A stretch of DNA of 64,000 nt from positions 192,001 to 256,000 of the forward strand of contig JBPOFY010000001.1 in assembly GCA_051252375.1 (NCBI GenBank), in the 5' to 3' direction. The notes beneath the pieces were generated by a model that was given only the letters and a program-made list of their open reading frames with translations, had not been told where the DNA came from and ran no database searches. The stretch is from Opitutaceae bacterium. Lineage in GTDB: Bacteria > Verrucomicrobiota > Verrucomicrobiia > Opitutales > Coraliomargaritaceae. Each line of letters begins with the position of its first letter. Within the stretch, counting starts at the first letter, position 1. Below are positions 20,383-30,497 of the stretch, one piece after another. The position numbers and the translations under genes were made by a program.

Positions 20383-21354
20383 ATGATCCGACTCATCCAT
20401 CGCTTACAGCTATTTTGCCTGCTAACACTCGCAACCGCCAGTATCCTTCACGGTCAGAACCGCGAAATCCTTGCCGAATATCGGATCGGGATCATGGGAC
20501 GCGACCAAGAAGATGCCATTTACCAAGCCGCCCACTTGGGCGCACAAGATGCGGCACGGGAACTCAGCCACAAATATTCAATCGATGTGGAGCTGCTAGT
20601 CTACACACCCAACCGAGAACAAGGCGCCAATCAAATCACATCGATGGCTGAGCTTTTCATCGAAGAGGCCGACGGCTTCATCATCAGTCCCGCCAACCCG
20701 AAAGCCATTGGACCCGCAATCGAATTTGCCATCGAGCAAGGTCAAGAAATTGTCTTTTTCGAACGTAACCTCGAAGGCACCACTCCGCTCGCCTCGATCA
20801 TCGCAGACGAGAAGAAAGCCGGGCAGCTCGCCGGAGAAGCCATCCTCAAAAAGTTACCCACCAAAGGTCGTGTCGCTATCCTCACGAGTGTAACACCTGA
20901 CGCAGGTCTCAAAGATCGGCTGGAGGGTCTGCGCAGCACACTTGGCTATCGTCGCATCGAAACAATCGTTACCTGCGAACCCAACTACCTCTCCGCCATC
21001 GAAGCAATTCGGGCTGCTGAGGAAGCCGACCGAAACGATTTGATCAAAGGCTGGGTGTTTTTAGACGACTGGCCACTTCTTGGAATGCCTGCCTTGCCTT
21101 GGAAGCCGAATTCATTACCTGTCGTGGCCATTCAATCCTCGCCCTCAGCTTTTATGTATATCGATCAGGGTTATGTCGATGCGCTGGTCGTGCACCCCTA
21201 CTATAAATGGGGCTACCTCAGCGTTGAAACCATGGTCAATAAACTCTTCAATCAAGTCAGCCCCGAAGACCCTAACATCCTTACTGAGCCACGCGTGGTC
21301 GACTGGCAGAACATCGACAGCTACCGCGAAAGTTGGAAAATCTGGCTAAAGTAA
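20383..21354 (+). CDS. Periplasmic sugar-binding (RbsB-like) protein
   Basis: Signal peptide; ADGFIISP, IADEKKAGQLAGE, KGRVAIL; no ABC permease or ATPase nearby. Confidence 0.8.
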   Translation: MIRLIHRLQLFCLLTLATASILHGQNREILAEYRIGIMGRDQEDAIYQAAHLGAQDAARELSHKYSIDVELLVYTPNREQGANQITSMAELFIEEADGFIISPANPKAIGPAIEFAIEQGQEIVFFERNLEGTTPLASIIADEKKAGQLAGEAILKKLPTKGRVAILTSVTPDAGLKDRLEGLRSTLGYRRIETIVTCEPNYLSAIEAIRAAEEADRNDLIKGWVFLDDWPLLGMPALPWKPNSLPVVAIQSSPSAFMYIDQGYVDALVVHPYYKWGYLSVETMVNKLFNQVSPEDPNILTEPRVVDWQNIDSYRESWKIWLK

Positions 21355-21432
21355 CCGCCTTGGCTTGAGCTAAATGCGAATCTGTATAGATTACTATTGC
21401 CGCACAAATACGCCCCACGATTTATTATTAAT

Positions 21433-22293
21433 ATGAAGTTTTTAAAATATCACGCACTCGGTAACGACTACCTCGTTCTCGACCCCGAAGAAGCTCCGGC
21501 ACTCCCCGCTACTGATGATACAGTGCGCATCTGCCATCGTAATTTTGGTCTCGGTTCCGACGGTATCCTCTACGGCCCCCTACCAACAGAACGCGCAGAC
21601 TTCGGGCTACGCATTATCAATCCAGATGGCTCCGAAGCAGAAAAAAGCGGCAACGGTTTGCGCATCTTTGCCCGCTACTTATACGACACTGGTAAAGTTC
21701 AAAACGAAGCGTTCACCGTCGATACATTGGGTGGCATCGTGACTTGCGAGATCGGCGAAAATGCCGAACTGATCACAGTAGATATGGGACAAGTGAGCTT
21801 TGCCATGAACCACATCCCAGTTGATGGCCCAGAACAATCCGACCACAATATCGGACAACAACTTACAGTAAACGGCACAAACTACACCGCTTACATCGCC
21901 GACATCGGCAACCCCCACTGCGTCGTCCCGCTCCCTAAGATCTCAGAGGAACTCGCTTGCAAAGACGGCGCCGCACTCGAAGTGCACCCTCAATTTCCGA
22001 ACCGCACCAACGTGCAGTTCCTCAAGGCGATAGATCGCAATAACATCCAGATTGAAATCTGGGAACGTGGTGCAGGCTACACGCTAGCCTCTGGCTCCAG
22101 CAGCAGTGCCGCAGCAGCAGTCGCACACCGTATCGGTCTCTGCGATCGCGATATCACCGTCCACATGCCAGGTGGCAAAATTCAGATCCACATCGGTGAT
22201 GATTATGCCATTCGCATGGCAGGACCAGCCACTCGTGTCGCCACAATGGAATTTGATAGCGAAGCCCTCGGCTTCGTGGTGGACAATAGCTAG
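21433..22293 (+). CDS. dapF: Diaminopimelate epimerase
   Basis: KYHALGNDY, NPDGSEAEKSGNGLR, GNPHCV, WERGAGYTLASGS. Confidence 0.93.
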   Translation: MKFLKYHALGNDYLVLDPEEAPALPATDDTVRICHRNFGLGSDGILYGPLPTERADFGLRIINPDGSEAEKSGNGLRIFARYLYDTGKVQNEAFTVDTLGGIVTCEIGENAELITVDMGQVSFAMNHIPVDGPEQSDHNIGQQLTVNGTNYTAYIADIGNPHCVVPLPKISEELACKDGAALEVHPQFPNRTNVQFLKAIDRNNIQIEIWERGAGYTLASGSSSSAAAAVAHRIGLCDRDITVHMPGGKIQIHIGDDYAIRMAGPATRVATMEFDSEALGFVVDNS

Positions 22294-23337
22294 TTATTTC
22301 ACTGCCGGCTGGTGCTGACTCATGCAATGAATCGCGCCGCCTTCGTGAATAATATCGCAGCAATCAAAGCCCACGATTTCGCGCCCCGGGAAACAGTCGC
22401 CTATAATTTCTAGTGCCTGTTCATCGCTCGTGGGCTGACCGTAGGTTGGCACGAGCACGGCTCCGTTCAGCACTAAATAGTTCATGTAACTCGCGGCCAG
22501 CGGTTCGCCATCTGCCATGATCGGCTCCGGCAATGGCAACTGCACAGAAGCAAAGGGCCGACCTTCGGATGTTGTGAACGCTTGAATACGCCGAGTGTTC
22601 TCCAGTAAGGCTTCGGCATTCTCGTCCATCTCAGCAGATATTTCCGCAATCAAAATTCCATCCTCCTTAAAAAAGCGGGCTAAATTATCGATATGCCCAT
22701 CGGTATCATCCCCGACCAGACCATCTTTCAGCCAAAGCACTTCATCGACACCGAGTCCGGATGCTAAACGTGAGGCAATCCCCTCTTTTGTGGTGGCTCC
22801 ATTACGATTCGGGTTCAACAACACCACTTCAGTAGTCAAAATCTGGCCAGCTCCATTGCTCTCGATCGCACCGCCTTCCAGCACTGTATCAAACGCAAAA
22901 CGGCGCAGCCCAAGCTTCTCCGCCATCCAAGCTGAAGCACGATTGTCTTTCGATTGCAGCGGAAACTTATTGCCCCAAGCATTATACTGCCAATCAGTGA
23001 GACAAACACTGCGCCCATCTTCACTGAGTAAAAATAACGGTCCAAAATCGCGACACCAGACATCGTCTGTCTCGTAATCAAAGAGCTCCACGGCGCTATG
23101 ATCACCCGCCTGCGCCATCAATTCGATGAGTTTAGACTGAGCCGAAACTGGGCATAGAACACGCACCGTTTGAAAGCGCGCGGCCAATACATATAAAGCC
23201 GCCAGTTGCTCTTTAACTTTAGCATTACGCTCCCCCCACAGATCCGTGCGAGTGGGCCAAGCGAACCAAACCGCCTCTTGCGGCTCCCATTCAGCAGGGA
23301 ATCGATAGCCTAGTTCTTTCGGTGTGCGGTGCGCCAT
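22294..23337 (-). CDS. aguA: Agmatine deiminase
   Basis: RFPAEWEPQ, WCRDFGP, LEGGAIE, DDTDGHID, GGAIHCMSQHQP. Confidence 0.93.
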   Translation of the reverse strand: MAHRTPKELGYRFPAEWEPQEAVWFAWPTRTDLWGERNAKVKEQLAALYVLAARFQTVRVLCPVSAQSKLIELMAQAGDHSAVELFDYETDDVWCRDFGPLFLLSEDGRSVCLTDWQYNAWGNKFPLQSKDNRASAWMAEKLGLRRFAFDTVLEGGAIESNGAGQILTTEVVLLNPNRNGATTKEGIASRLASGLGVDEVLWLKDGLVGDDTDGHIDNLARFFKEDGILIAEISAEMDENAEALLENTRRIQAFTTSEGRPFASVQLPLPEPIMADGEPLAASYMNYLVLNGAVLVPTYGQPTSDEQALEIIGDCFPGREIVGFDCCDIIHEGGAIHCMSQHQPAVK

Positions 23338-23363
23338 AGTTAGTAGAAGTATGACGCAATAAT

Positions 23364-24248
23364 TTACTCTTCGTCAATCATCCGACGCGTCAGGCCAGAA
23401 AAACTATCAATCCGACGATCTCTAAAAAATGGCCAAATCCGACGCATATCCTCCAATGCCTTCAAATCGCAATCTGCTAGAACAATCGCCTCCTCGCTGA
23501 CAGGTGCACGCTCAATGATTTGACCGTAAAAATCGGCGACAAAAGACTGCCCCCAAAACTCGGTCTCGCCTTCGGTCCCAGTGCGATTGACTGCCGCCAC
23601 ATAACAACCGTTTGCGACGGCATGACCACGTTGCACCGTTTCCCACGCCGTATGCTGCGCTTCGCCGAGTTCGGCTTTTTCTTCCGGCAACCAGCCAATC
23701 GCGGTCGGGTAAAAGATGATTTCAGCGCCCGCCAAGGCCGCCATGCGAGCCGCCTCCGGATACCATTGGTCCCAGCAAATCAACACACTGATCTTTCCGA
23801 ATTTCGTATCCCAGACTTTATACCCAAGGTCGCCTGGCGTGAAATAAAACTTCTCCTCAAAACCCGGGTCTTGCGGGATGTGCATCTTGCGATACTTGCC
23901 GAGATACGTGCCATCAGCGTCAATCACCGCCGCGGTGTTGTGATACACGCCTGAAGCGCGACGTTCAAAAAGTGCGGCAATAATGACGACACCTAGCTCG
24001 CCAGCGACTTTCGCCAACACATCTGTCGTTGGCCCAGGGATCGGTTCGGCGAGATCAAACATCTCGGTATCCTGCGTGCGGCAGAAATACGGCGTATTGA
24101 ACATCTCTTGCGTGCAGATCACCTGCGCGCCGCCAGCTGCGGCCTCACGAATACGAACAATCGTGCAATCAAGGTCTGCAACTTGCGAACCTTGCTCACG
24201 ACCTTGGATCAATGCGATACGAACCTTACGCGTTATTGCAGCACTCAT
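23364..24248 (-). CDS. aguB: N-carbamoylputrescine amidase (carbon-nitrogen hydrolase)
   Basis: QEMF, YRKMHIP, EKFYFTPGD, ICWDQWYPE; adjacent to aguA. Confidence 0.9.
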   Translation of the reverse strand: MSAAITRKVRIALIQGREQGSQVADLDCTIVRIREAAAGGAQVICTQEMFNTPYFCRTQDTEMFDLAEPIPGPTTDVLAKVAGELGVVIIAALFERRASGVYHNTAAVIDADGTYLGKYRKMHIPQDPGFEEKFYFTPGDLGYKVWDTKFGKISVLICWDQWYPEAARMAALAGAEIIFYPTAIGWLPEEKAELGEAQHTAWETVQRGHAVANGCYVAAVNRTGTEGETEFWGQSFVADFYGQIIERAPVSEEAIVLADCDLKALEDMRRIWPFFRDRRIDSFSGLTRRMIDEE

Positions 24249-24251
24249 GGC

Positions 24252-24284
24252 AAAAAGAACGGCGGCCCCGTTAGAAGCCGCCGT
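24252..24284 (-). terminator. Terminator-like hairpin between hisG and aguB
   Basis: Minus strand: ACGGCGGCTTC-taac-GGGGCCGCCGT followed by TCTTTTT. Confidence 0.7.
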
Positions 24285-24292
24285 AAAAAGGG

Positions 24293-25174
24293 TTAATAAA
24301 CAACTTTGTTAAGCGGATACTCGATAATGCCCTCGGCACCTCTCGCTTTCAGCTCGGGAATCAGCTCACGGACGATCTTTTCATCCAGGATCGTGTCGAT
24401 CGCGACCCAATTTTCATCAGTGAGGCGATTGATTGTTGGATTACGAAGCGCCGGTATATTAGCAAGCACATCATCAAGTTTCGACTTTTCGATGTTTAGC
24501 TTTAGACCCACCTTGCTGTTCGCTTCCAGAGCGGCTTGAAGCAGCATCGCGATATTCTCGATTTTCTTACGCTTCTCTGGATTCTCCCAAGCTGCCTTAT
24601 TGGCAACCAATACAGTGTTTGTATAGAGCAATGTATCAACGATACGCAGCTTGTTTGCGCGAATCGAGTTACCGGTCTCAGTGAGGTCAACAATCGCATC
24701 AACGAGGTCAGGAACCTTGACCTCGGTAGCGCCCCAAGAGAACTCCACTTCAGCGTTCACGCCATTATCCTTCAAGTATTGGCGCGTGATATTGACCACC
24801 TCAGTCGCGATACGCTTGCCTTCTAGGTCCTTAACGGACTGCACTGGCGAGTTTTCAGGAACAGCAATGATCCATTTCGAGCGCTTATTCGAGGCGCGGC
24901 TGTAAACTAAGCTGCAGACTTCGACAACATCAGAGTCGTTCTCACGAACCCAATCTTGGCCAGTCAGACCACAATCGAAGTATCCATGCTCGACGTAACG
25001 ACTCACTTCTTGAGCGCGCACGAAGCGGCCGTCCAGCTCAGGATCGTCAATCGAAGGACGATAGGAGCGGGAGCTCACGGAAATATTAAAGCCAGCCTTG
25101 CCAAAAAGCTTAATCGTGGAGTCTTGGAGACTCCCCTTAGGCAGGCCCAACATGAGTAATGGTGTGGTTTCCAT
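24293..25174 (-). CDS. hisG: ATP phosphoribosyltransferase (long form)
   Basis: [32 protein letters not shown]-terminal regulatory domain ending [12 protein letters not shown]. Confidence 0.96.
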   Translation of the reverse strand: METTPLLMLGLPKGSLQDSTIKLFGKAGFNISVSSRSYRPSIDDPELDGRFVRAQEVSRYVEHGYFDCGLTGQDWVRENDSDVVEVCSLVYSRASNKRSKWIIAVPENSPVQSVKDLEGKRIATEVVNITRQYLKDNGVNAEVEFSWGATEVKVPDLVDAIVDLTETGNSIRANKLRIVDTLLYTNTVLVANKAAWENPEKRKKIENIAMLLQAALEANSKVGLKLNIEKSKLDDVLANIPALRNPTINRLTDENWVAIDTILDEKIVRELIPELKARGAEGIIEYPLNKVVY

Positions 25175-25310
25175 CCTCGCAAACCAGCGACAGGAGCGCA
25201 TGGGGACAAGAACAATTTTCGTCAAACAAGCCGGAATCGCGCGAAATAAGGAATTGTAAAGAAATTATAAAGCGCACAAATTGTGTCCTGCTCTTACTAC
25301 TGATACACCC

Positions 25311-25787
25311 ATGGCAAACATCCAACCACTCGAAGCCGGACAAACAGCCCCTGCCTTTACTTACGTAGAAGGAGGTCGTGAAGTGTCTAGCAGTGACGTT
25401 CAATCGCCCCACCTACTCTATTTTTACCCTAAAGACGACACCCCAGGCTGCACTAAAGAGGCTTGCGCCATTCGCGATGCTTGGTGCCAGTTCAAAACCG
25501 CCAAGCTAAAGGTGGTTGGTGTCAGTAAAGATCCCGAAAGCTCCCACGAAAAATTCCGCCAGAAATACCAGCTCCCTTTCCCTTTGATCGCAGATACGGA
25601 GCTCGAACTCGCTAAAGCCTACGGCGTTTATGGCGAAAAGCAGTTCATGGGCCGCACATACGACGGCATACACCGCATCTCCTTCCTTATTTCCCCAGAA
25701 GGCAATATCCTTAAAACCTACCCTAAAGTTAAACCAGAACTACATGCCGCCGAAGTGCTCCAAGATCTGACGGCTCTGACAACATGA
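25311..25787 (+). CDS. bcp: BCP/PrxQ peroxiredoxin
   Basis: YFYPKDDTPGCTKEAC motif. Confidence 0.93.
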   Translation: MANIQPLEAGQTAPAFTYVEGGREVSSSDVQSPHLLYFYPKDDTPGCTKEACAIRDAWCQFKTAKLKVVGVSKDPESSHEKFRQKYQLPFPLIADTELELAKAYGVYGEKQFMGRTYDGIHRISFLISPEGNILKTYPKVKPELHAAEVLQDLTALTT

Positions 25788-26527
25788 ATACTACCCCTAC
25801 ACCAAAGCCACTGATCATCGTCGCAGAGGACGAGAAAGATCTCGCAGCACTCATTGCGACACAGCTTGAAATTGCGGGCATGCAAAGCCAAGTCTGCCAC
25901 GAAGCCGGACACGTCGAACGCTTTCTGAAGAATAATTTCGCGAATCTACTGTTACTCGATGTTCACCTGCCAGACTCAACAGGGTTCACCTTGATGGCCG
26001 AACTGCGCAAGAATAACATCGATATCCCGGTTATCTTTCTGACTGGCGAAAACGCTGAAGTGCAAAAAGTCAAAGCACTCGAAATGGGTGGCGACGATTA
26101 TATCACTAAGCCATTCGGCTTTCCTGAGCTGATTGCCCGTATCAATGCAGTCCTTCGCCGCGCAGAAACCGTCAACGATGGCAGCATCACTAAGAATGTA
26201 TCGACCCATGACGAACCCTTCCAATTTTGCGGGGCCGAGGTCAATCCACAGCGCCTTGAGGTCACTTTCCCGGATGGTGAGGCTGAAAGCATCGGGCGTA
26301 AAGAGCTTGGTATCTTCGTTTACTTAGCCGAACATCCAAATTCTGTGCTGACGCGGAAAAACTTGATCCATGCGGTCTGGGGCATCCATGCCGACGTGCG
26401 CAGTCGCTCACTCGACCAATACATCGTAAAAATCCGCGACCTCTATAAGCGGCACGAGCTCAGCTTAGATGCATTCCGCACCGTTCACGGCGTCGGCTAC
26501 ATCTACGATGTTAAAGAGCCAGAGTGA
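25784..26527 (+). CDS. OmpR-family response regulator (orphan)
   Basis: REC domain (AEDE, LLDVHLP, GGDDYITKPF) plus winged helix (VLTRKNLIHAVWG, RTVHGVGY). Confidence 0.93.
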   Translation: MNTTPTPKPLIIVAEDEKDLAALIATQLEIAGMQSQVCHEAGHVERFLKNNFANLLLLDVHLPDSTGFTLMAELRKNNIDIPVIFLTGENAEVQKVKALEMGGDDYITKPFGFPELIARINAVLRRAETVNDGSITKNVSTHDEPFQFCGAEVNPQRLEVTFPDGEAESIGRKELGIFVYLAEHPNSVLTRKNLIHAVWGIHADVRSRSLDQYIVKIRDLYKRHELSLDAFRTVHGVGYIYDVKEPE

Positions 26528-26581
26528 TTAAAGACAGCAGTGTAGCGATCCCCCTCGCGCACGGCGAAGCGTCGCTCCTCA

Positions 26582-28285
26582 CTAGGTGATCCAGTCAAAG
26601 GAAGCATGGGATTCCAGTTCGTCTACTGTGGTGTATCCCAACAAGACCTTCTTCAGCCCATCGTAACGTAACGGGCGATAACCGACCTTCTGCGCCGCGA
26701 TGGCGAGTGCTTCATCACTTGCTCGGTTGCTAATCAAGGAACGCATCTCCTGCGTCACCAATGCCATTTCATGGAAAGCGATTCGACCGTGATAACCAGT
26801 ATTCCGGCAATGTGAGCAACCGCGACCATCATAGAATACCGGCGTTTCTGACACCTGATCCATATCGTCGAAATAGCGATTCAGGACCTCCGGATCGGGC
26901 GTATAGGAACGCTTACAGTTGTCGCAAATTCTAGCAGCCAAGCGTTGCGCCACCACCGCCAAAATGGACGGCGCCACCATGTATGGTTCAATACCCAACT
27001 CTACCAGACGAACCACCGCTTGAATCGCGTTATTCGTGTGCAATGTAGAAAAGACTAAGTGCCCGGTCAGCGCAGCCTCTGTCGCGATTTTGGCTGTTTC
27101 AAAGTCACGAATTTCTCCAACCAAAATCACATCGGGATCCTGCCGCAAGAGGGAGCGCAATAAATTGGAGAATTTTAGCTCTATCTTGTTATTCACCTGC
27201 GACTGAATGATTCCATCCATCCGCGTTTCGACCGGATCTTCAATCGTGCAAATATTCACCTCGGGCGTATTGATCTCATGCAGCGCCGCATAGAGTGTGG
27301 TCGATTTACCTGAACCCGTGGGTCCCGTCACAAAAATCATTCCGTTGGGGCTGCCGATCACTCGCTTGAATGGCTGCAACATCGTTTGCGACATCAACAT
27401 CTGATCCAAGGTCCGGAAGTCACGCTTACCGGTCAGCGCTAGAATACGTAACACAAGTTTCTCGCCAGCAACAGTAGGAATTACCGAGACACGAAAGTTC
27501 ACACTTTCAGAGCCCAATGGCAGTGAAAAGCGTCCATCCTGAGGGAAGCGACTTTCGGAAATATCGAGTTCACAAAGGATTTTAATACGAGATTTCAGTG
27601 GCGCATGCAACGCTGCTGCGATCGTGAAGACGTTCTGCAGCCTGCCATCGATCCGGAAACGAATATTTGTCACATCCTTTTGCGGCTCGATGTGTATATC
27701 AGATGCGCGGTTCTTAATTGCGAGAAGTAGAATCGCCTCCGACAAATTGATGATCGATCTCGACTCGCTCAGCTCTGCCAGCTTCTCGGGATCAAAATTT
27801 GAAAGCACTTCACCCTGACTCTTCTCAAGTTGCTCAATCAACTCATGAACACTTTTCTCCGAACTATAGTGCAGCTCAATAGCATCGACCACTTCACCGC
27901 TTAAACAAAAAACAGCGCTGACCTCCTTGTTTGCGATGGCGGAGATTCGTCCGATCAATGCGGAGTCATGCGGATTCGGCATCGCCACCGTGAGCGCACC
28001 CTCGATCTCGTAGAGCGGCATCACGTTGCCCTTGCTCGCAATCTCTTTCGGGATACAAGAAATCGCGTCTTCACTAATGATCGTCGAAAGTGGATCTACG
28101 TAGGCAGCCTCGATGTAATCACTCCAGATACGACAAGCGATGGGCTTGTCCACGATATCTTCTTCGATCAAATACTCGATTAAATCCAATGTGCCTTCAT
28201 CCGCATTGAGCAAGGCGCGCTCATAAACCTCGTTTGAGATTAAAACGTGTTGCTCTAGTAACTTCTCGCGAATGTTTAGGCTCAT
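26582..28285 (-). CDS. GspE/PilB-family assembly ATPase
   Basis: ASDIHIEP, GPTGSGKST, TIEDPVE, LRQDPDVILVGEIRD, STLHTN, tetra-Cys motif. Confidence 0.93.
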   Translation of the reverse strand: MSLNIREKLLEQHVLISNEVYERALLNADEGTLDLIEYLIEEDIVDKPIACRIWSDYIEAAYVDPLSTIISEDAISCIPKEIASKGNVMPLYEIEGALTVAMPNPHDSALIGRISAIANKEVSAVFCLSGEVVDAIELHYSSEKSVHELIEQLEKSQGEVLSNFDPEKLAELSESRSIINLSEAILLLAIKNRASDIHIEPQKDVTNIRFRIDGRLQNVFTIAAALHAPLKSRIKILCELDISESRFPQDGRFSLPLGSESVNFRVSVIPTVAGEKLVLRILALTGKRDFRTLDQMLMSQTMLQPFKRVIGSPNGMIFVTGPTGSGKSTTLYAALHEINTPEVNICTIEDPVETRMDGIIQSQVNNKIELKFSNLLRSLLRQDPDVILVGEIRDFETAKIATEAALTGHLVFSTLHTNNAIQAVVRLVELGIEPYMVAPSILAVVAQRLAARICDNCKRSYTPDPEVLNRYFDDMDQVSETPVFYDGRGCSHCRNTGYHGRIAFHEMALVTQEMRSLISNRASDEALAIAAQKVGYRPLRYDGLKKVLLGYTTVDELESHASFDWIT

Positions 28286-28476
28286 GATTTCTTAATCTTC
28301 TTATTACTTTTTTTGAACATCTGACTAATCTCTTCCGCATCAATTAGTTCGCGTCCCATAATGGAATGCTTACGCTCCTCAACAACCTCATCCATCATTT
28401 CACGATATGAATAACGCACCTCTTTGACCGCGGAAGAGGATGTATCAGGCAGGGGGGTATCGTGGTCTTCGCTCAT
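28282..28476 (-). CDS. Small hypothetical protein (64 aa)
   Basis: ATGA overlap with the ATPase gene; fills the gap in a co-oriented trio. Confidence 0.6.
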   Translation of the reverse strand: MSEDHDTPLPDTSSSAVKEVRYSYREMMDEVVEERKHSIMGRELIDAEEISQMFKKSNKKIKKS

Positions 28477-28494
28477 AGTTGTCAGGGTAATTAC

Positions 28495-28875
28495 TTACTC
28501 CCAGATTTCGTCGATTAATTCTTGGAGAGTTTCCATCACCGCTTCCTTAGGGGTGTCTTTACGGATATAATGAGAAGCACCGAGCTCAACACTACGCTCC
28601 ACTGCTTGGCGTGAGGCGACAGAAGTCGTCATCACCACGACCGCTTCCTCATCGATGGTCATGATCTCCTGCAATGCTTCCATGCCCTCCATTACGGGCA
28701 TATTGACATCCATCATCGTCAGGTCAGGCCTCCAGCGCTTATAAAGCAACACGGCTTCTTGACCATTCTTTGCCTCATAAAAAGTAGTAAAACCAATCGA
28801 TTTGAGGATCAGTTTTATATACATCCGCAAATGTGGCTCATCATCAACTATCAAGGCGGAATCGGGGCGGCTCAT
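28495..28875 (-). CDS. Single-domain (CheY-like) response regulator
   Basis: LIVDDE, EAKNGQEA, PDLTMMDVNMP, GASHYIRK. Confidence 0.9.
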   Translation of the reverse strand: MSRPDSALIVDDEPHLRMYIKLILKSIGFTTFYEAKNGQEAVLLYKRWRPDLTMMDVNMPVMEGMEALQEIMTIDEEAVVVMTTSVASRQAVERSVELGASHYIRKDTPKEAVMETLQELIDEIWE

Positions 28876-28961
28876 ATTGACATCTTTAAAGGCAAGCGAG
28901 GCATGTCGAGCATGAAAGGCATCTATTGACCTAGACGCATCCGCCACTCAATTTACACTCC

Positions 28962-30485
28962 GTGTTTGAAAACCTTACTCTAATCGACGGACTGATCGTC
29001 CTGCTATACTTTGCGGCTGTCCTCGGTATTGGTTTTTTTCACTCACGCAAGAGTGGTAGCTCAGAAGACTTTATCACTGGCAGTCGACAAATGCCATGGT
29101 TGGCAGTGCTCGGTTCACTCGTCGCGACCGAAGTCAGCGCAGCCACTTTCCTAGCCACACCAGGTGCCGGATTTTCTGAGAACATGAGCTATCTGCAAAT
29201 GGGCATCGGTTCGATTCTCGCCCGCTGTTTTATCGCCTTCGTCTTCCTCGGAGCCTTCTACGCGGCGGACAGCCTTACGATCTACGACTACCTAGGAAAA
29301 CGCTTCGGCAACCGAACACGCTACGCAGCCTCCGCATTTTTCATTGTCACCCGACTCCTTGCCTCCGCCGTGCGTCTGATGATCGCATCTACCGGGCTGA
29401 GCATGATTCTAAACATCCCATTCGTCTGGTGCTTGGCGGCCTTCACCTTGATTGCGATCATCTACACAGGCAGCGGGGGCATACGCGGCATCATCTGGAC
29501 GGATGTGTTGCAAGCAGTCGTTTTCATTAGCGCAGGCCTGGTCTTAATAGGATTTATCATCCACAGCATCGGCTGGCACACCATCATCGATATCGGCAAC
29601 GCCAATGATCGCTTCGAGATCTTTCGTTTCACGCCAACTGCGGATGGAGGCAGCTTCGCATGGCTCAACGACCCTAAATTGTTCTACATCGCGGTGTTGT
29701 TCGGCTTCATCAGCACAACGGCCGCATTCGGCACCGACCAAGACCTCACCCAGCGCATGTTGACCTGCAAAAACGTCAAGTCAGCGCGGCGTAGTGTTAT
29801 TCTCAGTGGATTGGTCTCCATTCCGGTCGCGGCGCTCTTCCTCTTTGTAGGCATCGCCCTCTTTGCATTCTACCAAGTGCATGGCGACGCCGATTTACCG
29901 CAGCGCATCAATGATGGCGTCAGTGTCGTGATGGCGGACAAAGTCTTTCCATGGTTTATCGGGCATGAGCTGCCAACCGGACTGCGCGGGCTGCTCCTCG
30001 TGGGCGTCCTAGCCGCCGCTATGTCGAGCCTCGACTCTGCCATGGGTGCCCTCAGTTCCTCTGCACTGGTGGACCTCTATCGCCCCATCGTGCCAAAGCA
30101 CCTGCAGAGCCTCCCGGACCTATGGGTTTCAAGAATCTTCGTTGTCTTCTTCGGCCTCATCCTTTCGAGTGCCGCTTGGGCGCTCAAAGATGCCGAGGGC
30201 TTCCTCTGGCTCACCTTTCAAATCGTCAGTGTCACCTATGGCGCACTGCTAGGCGTATTCTTGCTCGGGCTCCTCACTAAGCGCGGCGCAGATAGCCTCA
30301 ACTGGATCGCAATGGTCAGCGGCGCTCTGCTCTGCTCAGTGCTACTTGCCCTGATCAAATTAGGACACATCCCACTCGGCTGGACATGGCTCATCGTGAT
30401 CGGCACCGCATGGACATTTGGCGTCGGAGTCTGCGTGCAACAAAAAGCCCCGCAGTCAAATGACGAACGGGGCTTTGAAAATTAA
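28962..30485 (+). CDS. Sodium:solute symporter (SSS family)
   Basis: SLVATEVSAATF, GGIRGIIWTDVLQ, GTDQDLTQR, AAAMSSLDS. Confidence 0.92.
   Translation: MFENLTLIDGLIVLLYFAAVLGIGFFHSRKSGSSEDFITGSRQMPWLAVLGSLVATEVSAATFLATPGAGFSENMSYLQMGIGSILARCFIAFVFLGAFYAADSLTIYDYLGKRFGNRTRYAASAFFIVTRLLASAVRLMIASTGLSMILNIPFVWCLAAFTLIAIIYTGSGGIRGIIWTDVLQAVVFISAGLVLIGFIIHSIGWHTIIDIGNANDRFEIFRFTPTADGGSFAWLNDPKLFYIAVLFGFISTTAAFGTDQDLTQRMLTCKNVKSARRSVILSGLVSIPVAALFLFVGIALFAFYQVHGDADLPQRINDGVSVVMADKVFPWFIGHELPTGLRGLLLVGVLAAAMSSLDSAMGALSSSALVDLYRPIVPKHLQSLPDLWVSRIFVVFFGLILSSAAWALKDAEGFLWLTFQIVSVTYGALLGVFLLGLLTKRGADSLNWIAMVSGALLCSVLLALIKLGHIPLGWTWLIVIGTAWTFGVGVCVQQKAPQSNDERGFEN
30452..30476. terminator. Hairpin at the convergent SSS / Cys-rich gene junction
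   Basis: AAAGCCCCG...CGGGGCTTT; T-run on the minus strand. Confidence 0.6.
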
Positions 30486-30497
30486 TTAAAACTCAGC

